Source: Puccinia triticina (taxonomy: Eukaryota). From it: a stretch of 64,000 nucleotides of DNA. A program made the translations under genes and the position numbers. Shown here piece by piece: positions 1-13,274 of the stretch. Every line of letters begins with the position of its first letter. Position 1 is the stretch's first letter. The notes beneath the pieces are model-generated. The model was given only the letters and a program-made list of their open reading frames with translations, was not told where the DNA came from and did no database searches. Location: assembly GCA_026914245.1 (NCBI GenBank), contig CP110439.1:7998001-8062000 (forward strand), written 5' to 3'.

Positions 1-1100
1 TCCAGCGGATACTCCCAATTGAGAGTGTGCAATGAACATCTTGAAATTCCTGAAAGCTCAGCATCCATTGGATACTCCAGCCAGAGTGTCCAAAGGATAT
101 TTGGGCCCAGGTTTAGTGTGTTAGGGTCCAGTATTGTTGTCATGGCCGCATATTTGGTTAGAAACTTGTTGCACCAGAACCCTGCGCACCCCGCAGGTCG
201 CGTTTTCCACTCGCAGGCTGCTCACATCACACTCACTCTGCCACAACCACCTCCCGCCCCCTGCTCACCTGCACCTGCTGCGACCCTGTGAGCTCCTGAG
301 CCCTGCTGTGCACTGGCTGTGCCGGCTGGGCTGACATTTTGGCAATCCAAGGATGGTTGCAGATGTCCAATTGGGGTGTCATATCTGAATATGAAGTAAT
401 AAAGGGACATTTTGGAAGGGTTTATGTGATGTTAAAGTGGTGGTATGAACAGGAACAGTGTTACCACACCGGGACCAGATTTGCCGGGTTTGGATGTTGG
501 ACAAGGTCTTCCTCAAACTTAACATAAGCCCTTGTCCCTTCTGCGGCCAAGGGGGGGCGCCCCCATTTGGCCTGGGAGAGATGCATACCATTGAGATCTC
601 TCCCGCAGGGAGAAGACTTACAACTAAAAAGCACATGTTGGCCTGAGAGAATCTGCAACTTTGGGTGGTGGCCAATGTCATCACCACCTGCAGATCACAC
701 TTTTGGACCAGTTCTTTTTTGGTCTTCATGATTTGAAGCTTGTATTTCTCTTAACTAAACTGTCTACTCAAATTCTTGGCAATCCATCCCCCTCATGCCC
801 AAAAAAAATAGACAAACTTTCAGATTCTTGGCCGCTTACTCACAAGGCCATGGCTTTTTCCTGTGTTTCTTTTTTTCAAATTCACCCTCTTTTTTCCGAC
901 CGTTTGGACTTTTCTCTCAACTGCTCTTCTTTTTTTCAACCATCCTCTCTCTCTCTAAACCTGTCACATACACCCAAACACATACACACAACCCCTCCAA
1001 TCATCCAAAATCAACCACCCCAATCATCCAAAAAACACCACAAATTCACAATGGTACAATTCAATCACAAGAAGATGAATCGGACAGAACTGAAAAAAAT

Positions 1101-1322
1101 TCAGATGTGAGACTTCCCACAGCCTGTCCCGGCCATCACAAATGTGTTCCGTCCCTTGACTAAATTCACCACTGCATCAATTTGGAACGGATTTGGTGGC
1201 TTGTTTTCAGGGTAGCGGGGTAAGCAGTCATCAATTATTGCTTCCGTTAAATCACTTTTGTTCATCCGGGTCCATTTACTTGCTAGCCAAGCCTTTGTTG
1301 ACTTGTTCTTTGTGGGTGGCAT
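1101..1322 (-). pseudogene. Truncated RecQ-like superfamily-2 helicase N-terminal fragment, probably transposon-borne
   Basis: ORF reads PNPFQIDAVVNLVKGRNTFVMAGTGCGKS: a Q motif plus Walker A/motif I of RecQ-type helicases. No downstream helicase motifs were recognised. Confidence 0.6.
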
Positions 1323-1807
1323 TCTTAGGCAAGTTACAGAGTTTTGAGGACTTCAATGTGCAGGTGATGTGTACTGGTGAGTGATACATAGTAATGTGCT
1401 GGAATTCTTGATCTGTGATTTCTACCTCTGGTGTTTTCTTGCTTGTCAATCTCTTTTGTCTGTTGTTGTCAATCTCTTTGTTTATCCATTCATCTCTTTA
1501 TTAGGGGGTATCAAATATGACCAAACCCACCATTACCTTGATTGCAAAAGCAAAAAAAGTTCTTTTTTGGCCAGGGCCTTTCAAATATAAGACAAAAAAA
1601 TACCTGTTCTCAACCAAATAAATCTGATTTTGAAGTACAAATCAAATCATCCCAGCCAAAATATCATCCACACACCAACCTCAACCACCCAGACTTCATT
1701 CAAATCTGTTTTTTCAAGGTAAGTTTTACCCCCACTTCAATTCAAAGTATACTTATACCTTTGATCCCATTGATCTCTTTCTCATCCTTCTTCATCATAC
1801 CAACAGA

Positions 1808-4584
1808 ATGGCCCAAAACAAATTTTTGGCAGCAAAGAAACCAACGCAGAAGGAATCAAGGTGCTTCCTTAAGAACCGATTCCCAAAGAACAATTCAGGA
1901 GAGGTGGACAAAATCGCTACTACCCAAGGTCATCTGAAGCAAGAAGATTACCTTATCATAATCAACTGGCTCAGAGACAGGAAAAACTACATTGCTTGTT
2001 TTGGAGACAACAAGGCCCCTAAAGTTGGACGACCAGTTAAAGGGAAGATCAATGGTTACGAGTTACTGGCTATCAACCTTTGCAATCAGTCTCCCTCAAA
2101 AATTGATCTCACACCTCAACAAATGAAAGATCAATTCATGTCTTACCGGACGAAATACAAGAAGGCTCACACACAATCACTTTCTACTGGATTTGATCTA
2201 ACCCCCAACAATTGACAAGCCATAATTGGTACGATTGCTTAGAAGATTGAAAGCATGTGTGCCCTTTATGCTGAAATGGACGACTTATTTGGTGATTGCC
2301 CAGATGTGAATCCTTGGTGTTGGAAAGATGCAGATGATTCAAGTCATTCTTCTGAGGATCATTCAGATGATGAAAATCTGAAAATTTTGGAGCAACTAGA
2401 ATTTATTTGCTTTGCTTGAGTTTACTTGTATGTACAATGATTGTTCAAACAAAGCGGAAATCTTATGAAAAGGAGTTTTACCTAGAAGCAGCACGAGGGC
2501 AGGCACTTGTCTTTGGTAGAATTCTTCCTGGTTGCTGTCTTTGAGCTAAAGCAACGGCGGTGTGTTTTCTGGGAGCAACACAAGGGTACCAAGTACGTGC
2601 TCTAATGTTAGCTTTTTGTTTCTCCTGCTGCGTCTATTTGTAGGTCTATTAAGCTCACCGGAGCAGGGGCCAGCTATCTAAGGAGCTTGGTCTTAGCCTG
2701 TCTATACGGGTGAGCTTCTTGGTTTGCTGCTGGTCAAATGGTGTTTGCTACAAGTCAGTTTGCTATTTTGGTTCTGCTGTTCCTCAAGGGAGGGTCTACT
2801 CACCGGGTTCGGCGGTGGCTGCAATCCTGTCTAGCAGTGATTGTTGGTTCTGGTTCCCAAGACGGTCTGCGAGGGATCTACAAGAGTAAAGTTGGTTAGC
2901 TATTGCTCCGACTTTAACTCTCCTCGTGGTACGTACTTTGACGCTGAGCTTAACTCTAATCTTCCATTTTTGGTTCCCGGTATGGTTGCCGTATCTGCGA
3001 GTGATTGAGCGGAGCTCGTCAGCTGGAGAATGGGTTAGGTCTGGACTGCAGAGGGGGCTTACCTCTTTGCGCAGCTGGGTCTGGGTTTGGTTCTAGCCGC
3101 GCCAGCTTCCTCAAGGGTTGCTGGGGGTCTGGGTCTAGGTTCTGCTGTGTCCGCGCTAGCTTCCTTAAAGGTTGCTGCGGGCCTAGGTCTGTATTCTCAC
3201 AAAATCAAGACGGCTCCAACGGCTCCAATGAAGAGAAGCAATCAAACTCCTCCGCAATCAATCCTTTGTTGAGAAGTCCAAAGAAGCATCAAAACAATGG
3301 ACCCAAACCAACCTCTGATGATGATAGCTCAATTTAGTACGTTGAGGAGAATTGAGTGAGTGTAAGCACACCTAAATCATTCATACAAATCGTTTTGTTT
3401 CATAACTAAACTGAATAAAAATTGAAATTCTTAGAGCAAACATTCAGATCATTCAAATGAAAATCAAGGAGATCCAAAAGCTGTGGCAAGATTAGATGTA
3501 CATTTTTAATTGAAATCAAATTCATTGAAATAATGTAGTGTTTACTGATACATGCTCCTTTCCAGCTTTCCAAGAAATTGTTTGTTCAACAATGCGATAG
3601 CCTTCCATCAGGCAACAATGTTATCAACACCAGAAGAAATTCTAAAACAATCAATCTGGCCTCTCAAATCAATCTCAACAACACTTCACAAGATATTGGC
3701 CTGTAAGACAAAAATGATTTGAATGACTCTCCATTGAAGGAAACGGGATCAAAGAGGAAGTGCAAGGAACTTTATAAATCAACTTTGAAAGCTTTCACCA
3801 AACCTTCTCAAAAGGACAATTCCAATCAAAGTGAAGCAGCAAGCCCAACAAAGAAGAAGAAATCCACATTGTTCTCAGATGCCAAGGTTGCAGTACACAA
3901 TACAACTGATGAAGACTCAAGTCAACCTAAGAAACCAGCTTCAAGAAAGAAGAAGCACAAATCTTCATCCACTGGTTTGACAGCTGCTGAGCTTGCCTTG
4001 GATGATTTGACAAATGACAACAAATCTTCTGAAACTCCAAGGCCTAGTCCAAATAAAGGGAAACACCGAGCTTCAAACTCCAAAAACATCAACCCTAAAA
4101 TCCAGTCTTGCCTCTGGCCAAAGCAGTGTTCCTAGTCCTTTTGTTGCCTATGAAGATTATGCATTGAAGAGGGAAGCTGGTCCGTCATTCTATTGAATTT
4201 TTGTCTGGAATCGTAATTGATGCAATTTTTTTGGATGTGTTTTTAGGCAAGTCTGAGGTTGCTTGAGAGAATCTAAACTTTGAGAAGATGAAGTATCATC
4301 TATTGATTGAAAAGGATAGTAAAGGAATCAATTTGGATGAAAAGAAATTCAATCATACAAAGGAACTCAAGGTAAAAAAGTGGGATCATGGAATCAAGTT
4401 GGAGGAGAAGAAGTTGACCTTGGAGAAGGAGGAAAGGGACAAAGATCAAAAGTTTGAATTGGAAAAACTTGATTGCCAAGGTTCTCAAGAGAATAAGTTG
4501 AAGAAGATGGAGTTGTTTGCCAAGTTTTTAGATGCTGGAAAGTCTATAGATGAGATTGAGAGAATCACTAAGCTCTTGAACTAA
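1808..4584 (+). pseudogene. Harbinger ORF1, Myb/SANT-like DNA-binding protein, decayed and multi-exon
   Basis: IINWLRDRKNY...GYELLA...MKDQFMSYRTKYKKA...STGFDLT, then past stops MCALYAEMDDLFG..PDVNP. The middle is low-complexity and the C-terminus is a K/E-rich coiled coil (4288-4584). It has in-frame stops and an LTR-like insertion. Confidence 0.7.
2463..3201 (-). mobile_element. Solo-LTR-like insertion (739 bp) in Harbinger ORF1
   Basis: A 5-bp direct repeat AAATC lies at 2458-2462 and 3202-3206. Removing the insert restores GNQDGSNGSNEEK. The minus strand starts TGTGAG; the other end is imperfect. Confidence 0.6.
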
Positions 4585-4865
4585 CTCGCAATTGTTGTTT
4601 TATGTGACTTGTATTTTGAATTAGTTGAATATTATCATCAACTTTGTCTTTATCATTTTACAAAACAAAACACATCAAGATAAAAACTCAAAATGAACCT
4701 CATCAAAACAGGGTTATTTGCAGACAAATATATGAGCTCTAAATGACAATTTTTTTTTTTTTTTTTTGGCTTGACAAGTGAATCTTCAACATTTTTTCTC
4801 TTCCCTTTTTTAGGATATGCAAGTGAATCATGAAGTAGTTTAGCTTTATCACAAGGAACCCAGTC

Positions 4866-7770
4866 TTATTTGTCTTTAATTTTTGTGTAGTAATCATCTT
4901 TCATCAGTTGCAAAGCTCTTTGGGTTTTGGCGGGCAGCTGGACGGAGTAACCAAGTCGAGTATGTGAAGACAAAATGGGACTAGTGGAAGGGAGAGTAAG
5001 ATGAGCATAGTGTGTAGCTTTCCATGCACACTCAACAACACCTTGAAAACCTGAAAAATCAAGACCAAATCCATTTTTAGGGAAGACAAATTCGCCACCA
5101 TGCCCATCTAACTTGCCTTAGATTAAGTCACCGGTGGATTTGTTGATTGAGAGCCATGTGACAAACGTGTAGGGGGATGAGTCTCGATTGGTGTGGCAGT
5201 TGTTTGCGAAATTGTTGAGGGTATAGGATAAGTGACAAGTAAAAGCTTCAGGATCCATGACAAAATCTGGAGACAAGCCTGGAGCATTCAATGGCTGAAA
5301 ATGTTCTTTGACTTCATCAAACAGAGGTTTAGAAAGGGTCTCGAATTGCTCACCAATAAATCAATTGACTTCAGGCAGACCAGTTTGAAGTTCTTCCCAC
5401 CCATCACAATCACAGCTACCTTCTCCGCAATACCTGTTATTCCAATTGTAGTCTTTGCTTTGTACGCTTTCCGCCAACCTAAACTAAAAAGATTGCCATC
5501 ATGTGCTGGACCGTTTGAGGTGTTGGGATTCTGGAATTTGGATTGCTGGATTAGATGGCAGCTGAGATTTTGAAATTGGGCTTTCAATGAGCTGTCCATG
5601 GTGGCAAACGGGTTGAATTTGACTACACAGACAATGTGTTTGCGGCTGCTGTCGGCGTAGGCAATGAAGCTCTTGCAAAACATCCAAATTCCCCCATTGT
5701 GGTCCTTCCTGCAAACATGTGCTGTAATTTGTTCCTCGCCAGAGTATTTGAGGTTGGCCTTCTGCCTGTCTTGAAGTTGTTTGGCTGCTTTGAATTCTTG
5801 ATGTTGTAGCTCCTTTTTGGAGAGGAATTGTAAGGCAGGTGGAGCACCTGGAGCATGACAGTTTGAAGTTGGTGGCCCAATGCAAAAAGGCAGCCCTGAT
5901 ACATCAGGTAATCTAGGGCATCAATGCTGGATGTTTCTGACACACTCAAGAGGATTGTGGGACTTGCCAGGACAGGTTTTGCAAACAGGGGTTCTGAGGG
6001 TGTTTGGGGGTGGATTGAAGTACTTCTTGGTCAATGCTTTGCTGAGTTGGATTAAGCGCCTTGGGGTTTGCAAAGCTGCATGTGAAATCCGGTTTGGAGA
6101 AAGCCGCTTGTTCAACTGATGAAAAAGAAAATGCACAAGTCAGAAACATAGGAATTCCCCCATTCACCTGAACCATAGCCCATCCATGAGGGAGGCCCTG
6201 ACTCTTGGGGTGATGCAGGGCATCTCAAACGGATGGTTCTTACACACTCCAGAGGAGGCCTCCTGCGGATGGGATCTGCAGATGAGCATTCCACCTTCCC
6301 ATATACCATTGGCCATGAATATCCTTATAGGAGGCTTTGACTCTGGCAGTATATAGGGCATCTCAAATGGATTGGTTCTGATGTACACAAGAGGAGCCTC
6401 CTGAGGATATTCATGTCAATGGTAATTAGGGGAGGTGGTGGTTTACATCTTGAGGCTTGGGGTGGCTTTCATAATTTGGATGGTGAAAGGACTTGCCTGT
6501 AAGCTCATGATGATCAGTGAATGCGTGTGATAACAGTCCAGGTGAACACAAATCCTAAACGGAAAAAGAAAATGGCCTCAATAATTCAATTGAGGCCTTT
6601 TATTTCTTATCATAACTGACTCACCTGGAGGGGAGGGCGGGGCTCAGAGGCCTTGTGAGGTTGTCCGCGAGCTGACAGAAAAAAGGGAGGCCTGGACAGT
6701 CAGCCAGGCCTCAAATATCAATAAAAAACTTGGCCTCAATTGATCAATTGAGGCCCAGGACCGTTGAAGGAAAAACCAACTCACCTTAGTTTGTTGGGGG
6801 GGAGGATCGCGACCGCACGGCGGGTCCGGGGCGAGTGGAGGTGTGAGGTTGTGTTTGGAGGCCTTCCGAGGTTGTCAGCGAGCTGTCAGAACAATGGGAG
6901 GCCTGGACAGTGAGCCAGGCCTCAAATATCAAAAAAAACGGGCCCTCAATCGATTGATCAAGGCCCAGGACCATTGAGGGGAACACCAACTCACCTGGGG
7001 TGGTTGGGGGGGGGGGGGGGGATTGCAAACGCACGGCAGGTCCGGGGCAAGTGGAGGTGCAAGGTCGAGTTTGTCTGTGAGCTGACAGAACAAAAGGAGG
7101 CCTGGACAGTCAGCCAGGCCTCAAATATAGATATAAAAAAAGGCCTCAATTGATCAATCAAGGCCCAGGACCATTGAAGGGAACACCAGACTCACCTGGG
7201 CTTGTTGGGGGGGGGATCGCATCACCACGGCAGGTCCGGGGCAACTTGAGGTGTGAGGTTGAGGTCCCACAAGCTGACAGAAAACAGCAAGGCCTGGAAA
7301 CTGAAAGTCAGCCAGACCTCAGAGATCAAAAAAACATGGCCTTGATCCATCAATCAAGGCCCAGGACAGTTGAACAGCCAAAATGCTCACCTGGGTTTGT
7401 TGGTGGGGGATTGTGGCACAAGGGCAGGGTCCAAGGAGAGTTGAGGTGCAAGGACAAGGTCAGAGGCCTTCAGAGGTTGTCTGCCAACTGATAGAACAGA
7501 GAGAGGCCTGGTTGTCTGCCAACTGATAGAACAGAGAGAGGCCTGGTTGTCTGCCAACTGATAGAACAGAGAGAGGCCTCAACAGTCAGCCAGGCCTCAA
7601 AGATTAAAAAAAACCCTGGCCTTGATATCACCCACCGGTATTTGTTGGCTGGGGTTCCGTGGCAGTGACTATGAGATTGAGAGTTGAGGGGCTTTATGCG
7701 CTTGGGAAGACTTTTGATGAAGAGTTGAAGCTTGGCTAGGTCAAAGGGAAGAGGATGAAACGGCAAACAT
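4866..7770 (-). pseudogene. TET/JBP-like 2-oxoglutarate-Fe(II) dioxygenase, decayed; catalytic domain about 4866-5700, repetitive multi-exon 5' region
   Basis: Minus-strand translation gives GNLFSLGWRK, a frameshift near 5400, then FTCHLSYTLNNFANNCHTNRDSSPYTFVTW...GGEFVFP...GVVECAWKATHYAHLT...TRLGYSVQ. These correspond to HxD (here HTN), the distal His and the 2OG-binding Arg of a double-stranded beta-helix dioxygenase. The 5' end is approximate. Confidence 0.8.
6560..7625 (-). repeat. Tandem array of about five 165-210 bp exon+intron units, with an internal three-copy ~35-bp repeat at about 7475-7580
   Basis: CTCACC (minus-strand GGTGAG donor) recurs near 6620, 6780, 6990, 7191 and 7386. 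GGCCTGGACAGTCAGCCAGGCCTCAAA (minus-strand CTGAC branch site then CAG) recurs between them. Confidence 0.8.
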
Positions 7771-7864
7771 GAATCCACCCACTCAAGTGGAAGAGTTTGA
7801 CTGGGAACAGAGGAAAAAAAATCAAAGGTGAAACATGAATATGATATTGGTGACACTGTATTAA

Positions 7865-8249
7865 GGCCCCTTTTGGCACCGATATAATTATAGGTGATAT
7901 AATCGCTGATTAATTCAATAAAAAATAGAAAATTCATCATAAAGCCTCCAATTTTTTTTTCTAGGCAACCTACAGTGCTGGTCTCTTCAACTTTGAAATC
8001 AGATTCAACTGATTCAGCCACCTTCTGCACCATAATACCATTATATCACTTTTGACCAATATGAAGCAATATAATGGTATTATGGTGCTGAAGATGGCTG
8101 GATAAGTTGATTCTGGGTTCACAGTTGAAGAGACCAGCACTGTAGGTTGCCTAAAAAAAAGACTAGAGGCGTTATGTGGAACTTTGTATTTTTCATTGAA
8201 TTAACCAGTGATTATATCACCTATATTTATATCAGTGCCAAACGGGGCC
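7865..8249. mobile_element. Tourist/Harbinger-type fold-back MITE (family A, 385 bp)
   Basis: Ends GGCCCCTTTTGGCAC and GTGCCAAACGGGGCC; the arms are inverted over about 170 bp; TAA on both sides. Confidence 0.9.
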
Positions 8250-8592
8250 TAATTGAAAGGCAACCAAAGTAACGCCGTGGCATGAACATGGTTCCAGACC
8301 ACTTCAAATGGTTTGGAAGACCGGATCTAGGTGAATAGAAATCAATTTCAGTCAAACAAAAATTATCCCCCCCAGCCCCCCCCCCCCCCCAAATGATCCA
8401 CTTGCCTTATTCAAAGTGAGCCAGTGTGATGAGACGCAAGATACGTCTCAGATCATATGAAGCTTTGTCAGTGTGAGGTGCTATTTCAGAAATCTCATCT
8501 TCATAGAGCTTGTTCCAATGATCTTTGAGGTCTGCCAGCAGATTATGTAGAATGATGCATGTAACAATCCATTTGATGGCTTCCTTCATCAT

Positions 8593-11500
8593 CAACACTG
8601 GGCCGGTACGATTCGATACAATATTGGCCCTATTTTCGTATCAAATCGTTCCCCGGTACCCAGATGGACCGTTACCGCCATCAGTAACAATGTTTTCTGT
8701 GGCTTGTCTCTATCGAATCGTGTTTTTTTTTTTTTGGTGTGAGATTTGGCTATCGCAACGCCTCATAACGCGTCGTAACGCATAGTAACGCCGTGTAACA
8801 AGTTTTACCCCTGTACCCCTGTGTTTGACCCCTGATTTTTTGCGCTGTCAGGGGCTAGTGGCTTCTGACAATCTCTCCAGTATTGTTCAAGTCATTCACT
8901 AAATCAACGTCCCTCTCTGCTCGTCATTGCTGCTCTTTTTCATCTTGAAACAATCAAAAACAATCATGCCACCAAAAAGTCAAGCTCCCCAAGGTACCGA
9001 AGACATCGATGCTGGCGGATACGCGACCGACCAGTCTCAGCTCCGCCGTTCAGCCAGAGCTTCATCGGCGGCTTTGGAAACGGGTATGGTTGCAACGCCT
9101 TCGGACTCTCAGGTCAGATTAACCAAACCGGGCCAGGCGCCGGCGGCCGCTTCTTTGGAATCTGGCTCATCAAAGGCACCAAGAGCCAAGCCAAAGAAGA
9201 AAAGGATTATTGAACAAGAGTCATCGGAGCCCGAGGCGACCCCTGCTATTGTTGTAAAAAAAAAAAAGTCAAAGAAGAAAAAGGCAACCAAGGGTCAGGT
9301 GCGTGTAAAAATACAACTATATTTGTATCATATTACTATTAGAAGTATGATTCAAATGAAAACATTGCCTTTTACTTTTTACTTTAGACAAACTCGGACG
9401 GTGAGGCGTACGACTTCAGTCAGGACACCAACAAATCGATTGAAATCCAGCCGAGGGAAGCCAAAAAAAATAAAGTAGAAAAGCAGTATGATGATCTCTT
9501 TGAGTTCTTCGAAGAGCCTTTTTGGAAGAAAGGCGATAAACCTAACACTCAAATCAATTACAAGTGCAAATGGTGCGGAGAGATCTATCGTGCGCACGCA
9601 ACCTCTAGAGGCAACTTAAAAGTCCATCGAGATGGATCAACTCAGTCCGAAAAGAAAAGCCACGGCTGTGTGAACCGAGAGAAAGCTAAGAAGGCGGGTG
9701 CAAAACTACCACTCTCAGTCGCCGAACGCAACATTTCCCAAGCTAATGGCGGGGGTGATCCGAAGCAAACTGTGATCAGCGGATTTCTTCAACCCAAGAC
9801 CACTTTTGTCAATCGGGTTCTCAACCAATTGATCATGATGTGGCAGATCCGACAGGCCCTGCCCTGGTCACGGATTGAAGATCCTTCACTCCGTGCGGCT
9901 TTTCAGTACTCCAATCCCAAGGCTATTCTCTACGGTCGCAAGTGGTCGGCCCAGGAGTCAAAGAAGCTGTACTCAATGCTCAAGAAAAATGTCTTTGATG
10001 AGTTAAATGTACGCTTCTATTACCCTGTTGTTTCTGTTTTATATACACTGACATTTTACATTTATGAAGAACCTGGACACTAAGTTCACCCTAATCCATG
10101 ATGTATGGACGACAAAGGGTAACAGATTTGCTTTTATTGGGGCCGCGGTGGCTTTCATCAACTCGGATTGGGTGTATACGGTCCGACACTTGACTCTTAA
10201 AATGATACCTTGGAAACATCTTGGTCATTTACTCGCGCGACCTATTGCGAGCCTCCTCACTAAGAAGAAGTTGTTTCACAAGATGCTCGCACAGACGACG
10301 GACTCTGGCTCAAACAACAAGACCATGGCCCATGAAATGTACAGTTTGCTTTACTCCAACGAGCCACCCAACACGGACTCGTGGGATCCAATGACTATGC
10401 ATGTTTGGTGCTTCTGTCATAAGCTGGCCTTAATTGTCAACGCCGGCCTTGAATCCTTATCACTTAAGATTCTTCCTCCGGGAAAGACAAAGGAATCGGT
10501 CCTAGGATTTTTTCCAGTTCTTGGAAGAATCACTGAGGAGGATGAAGAACCCCCGGTTGGAAAGAATGGTTCGGCAACTCCTGCAGTTCCAACGGCAAAT
10601 GCAGCCCCCCTCGATGATGATTGCACTTCGGAAAGTGATTACGGCAATGCGGATGACGAGCTCTCAGACACTGATACCGGCGAGGATTCCAATCCTCCTT
10701 CCCCAGTAGAAGATTCCGAAAAGCACCAAAATACGACCAAGCTTCAAGTGCTCATCACAAAGCTTGATACAGTGATTAAACAGATCACCCGATCTGCTGC
10801 GCAGCGAGCCAGATTCAACCGCACGGCTGAACGTTTGGGCTTGAAGGTAGCCCCATTGATCGCCGGTTACGGCATTCGATGGAACATAAGATACCAAAGC
10901 CACCGTAAAGCGATTGAGGCAAGAGAGGTCATCGATCAACTTCTCAAAGAAGATCAACAGCAGAACGAACCAGGAATTTTCAATGATGTTCTATTTACCC
11001 CTCGAGATTGGAAAGAGATCGATAACTTGAACCGCGAGCTTGAGGTATGTGTATTTACTATTTAATAGCCAATGTGGTGTAGCCTGTCATACCGACATTG
11101 ACCAAACAAAAATCACTAGGTTTTTGTCCAACTCACCTCCGAAATGGAAGGGAATCACGCCACCGGTGCACATGTGATCCCTAAGTATCTGGAGCTTAAG
11201 GATCAGATCTCTGCAAAGCTCGACCGGTCAGAAGAAAGTGACACATTGTATCCAATGTACTACTTGATGCTGAAGCGCGTCGAGAAGTACCTGGCTGAAG
11301 CGATGCAGTGTGAGACACTCATACTAGCCACCATTCTCCATCCATGCTACCGGATGGATATATTCGAGCTTGTTTTTGGATCCAAAAGTAAGGAGGTCCG
11401 AGAGTGCTTGGAACTGCTCAATCGCCGATTCTTGGAATACAAGAACAAGCCGTCCACCTCAACATTGGACGCTCCCGAACCAGATATAACTGTCATAGGG

Positions 11501-12197
11501 GAACTCCCGGAGGCTGAGCCAGACTCTCTCATGGCTCGGCTGGCTTCCCGCATGACTCAGAAGCCCTCGACTCCGCACAAAAACAAAGTTGAAACCTTCC
11601 TCAAAGCCCAGCTTGTTTTCAATGGTAAAGAAATCAAGGACAAATTGACAGCCCTGAAGTGGTGGAAAGACAACTGTGCAACCTATCCCTCACTCTCGCG
11701 GATGGCACGAGCGTACCTCGGTTGCTCTGGGAGCTCATGCGCGGTGGAGCGCTTATTCTCTGCAGCTTCTGATGTCTGCAGCAGTAGGCGAGGTGGCTTG
11801 CTTCCATCAACAATGTCTCGCTGCGTCAGCAGCTTGATGTGGTTGCGGGAGCAGGTGCCCCTCACCAGCGATTTTGAGGAGGCGGGCAATGCTTTGGCAG
11901 CTCTGGTGCCTGCGCCCAAGCAGAACACCGGCGCTTGACCAATCAAAATTAAATTACTTGTTATCATCTTTTGTCCCGTTACCAATAACGAGTAACAGTA
12001 CCCTTTCCTACTATCGTAACGAAAAAAAAATTGTTCTGGTGTGCAGAAAAAAAGCGTATCGCTGCCTTTCTTTTTTTTGGAGAAATCCGCACTAACGGTA
12101 GCGCACTGCCGTTACTGGTAACGGCAAAGGTAACGCATAAATAATCGTTACGTTACCGTTACGATACCGTTACCGGCATCGTACCGGCCCAGTGTTG
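8593..12197 (+). mobile_element. Autonomous-looking hAT DNA transposon (3605 bp)
   Basis: Perfect 20-bp TIR CAACACTGGGCCGGTACGAT. Flanks are CTTCATC(AT) and CTTCATC. Subterminal GTAACG/CGTTAC repeats at both ends. Encodes a full transposase. Confidence 0.95.
8966..11938 (+). CDS. hAT transposase, 4 exons (8966-9298, 9388-10008, 10070-11044, 11120-11938), 915 aa
   Basis: Three phase-0 GT-AG introns join the ORFs into one stop-free frame. Motifs: BED-like CKWC...NLKVH, HDVWTT (D), TTDSGSNN (D), CFCH, RWN, and the C-terminal dimerisation region LKWW..YPSLSRMARAYL..SSCAVERLFS (E). Confidence 0.9.
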
Positions 12198-13274
12198 CTT
12201 CATCTCTTCCTACCTGCGTAATTGACTTCAAATCTCACGTAGGCTAGCAAATTGACCTTTGAGAATCCCAATGGCATGTTCAATTCTGACTCAAGATTGG
12301 GCAAGGCGGTAGTTGAAATTGACGTTTCGCTGGTCAGATAATTCTCTGGGATTTGTACGCAGGGACAACATATTGATCATTGGTGTAGGCTGAGTCTGCA
12401 AGTAGGAATTGGTTTTGATCAAAATATCATTCTGGTTCCTGGGCAACCTTCATGTGTGAAAAAACATAAGCATCATGACAGGAGCCAGGAAATCCCGCCA
12501 GGTACAATATGAACTTCTTGTTGAAATCACATATGAGAGTAACTGAGATTGAGTATCTGAGGGGCAGGCCAAATAAAAAATCAGTCAACATTCTAGAAGA
12601 TTGCTTTATAGAAGATAGTATCAAAAATACGACCTCTTCTTTCAATCAAAGTAGTGATTCCCATCTACTGGGGGCTTCTGAATCAAGGGAATTAACGTTC
12701 CATCAACAAATCCTTCCTCTTGCATGACCTGTGATGATTCAATTTGTTCAGATTTGGTTGGCGATGAGATTAGAGAAGTTCGTAATTTGTAAATAGCATT
12801 GATGACTCTTCTAGTATACAGGTCAATTGTTCCAAAACCAACTTGGAAAAGATTTTTCAGCCTTAAGACAGCTGACCTGTTGCCATTTGATCCAAGACAG
12901 CACAGAGCAACAGCAATTTGAATAGGTGGTTCACGTTGGGGGTTCTGAGAGCTGTTATAGAAGATGGGGTTTTGTTTGATAAGCTGGAGGATGTTGAGAA
13001 AACATGGAAATGTCATACAAAACAGTTGTAAAAAGCTTGAGGCTGATAGGTCTTGAAGTTCAAACATGTCATAGCAAGGATTTAAGCGAGTGGTGGAATT
13101 GCGGTCTTCTACGTATTGTCTCTGAAGCTGATGCATTGAAAAAGCTTAAAAATCTTCAAGGTCTGAGTCATAATCAGAATCAGAATCAAGCATCAAGGCA
13201 AGGGCAGTGACATTGGCCCCTTTAACTATCTTTTTTCTTTGAGATACTTTTGGCATGATTGCTTTTGAGCTCTT

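Larger units (their letters stand above)
8407..13256 (-). pseudogene. Harbinger (HARBI1/DDE_Tnp_4-type) transposase, decayed and split by a hAT insertion
   Basis: MPKVSQRKK start; QIAVALCCLGSNGN; GFVDGTLIPL (D1); GFPGSCHD; LLADSAY (D2); IEHAIGILKGQFASL (E). It resumes after the hAT as MKEAIKWIVTCIILHNLL. Stops and frameshifts are present. Confidence 0.9.

Noticed and set aside
4600..8400. A separate KDZ/Plavaka element delivering the TET-like gene
   Set aside because: No CxC/KDZ or Plavaka transposase motifs and no bounding TIR/TSD were seen. It cannot be fully excluded without a search.
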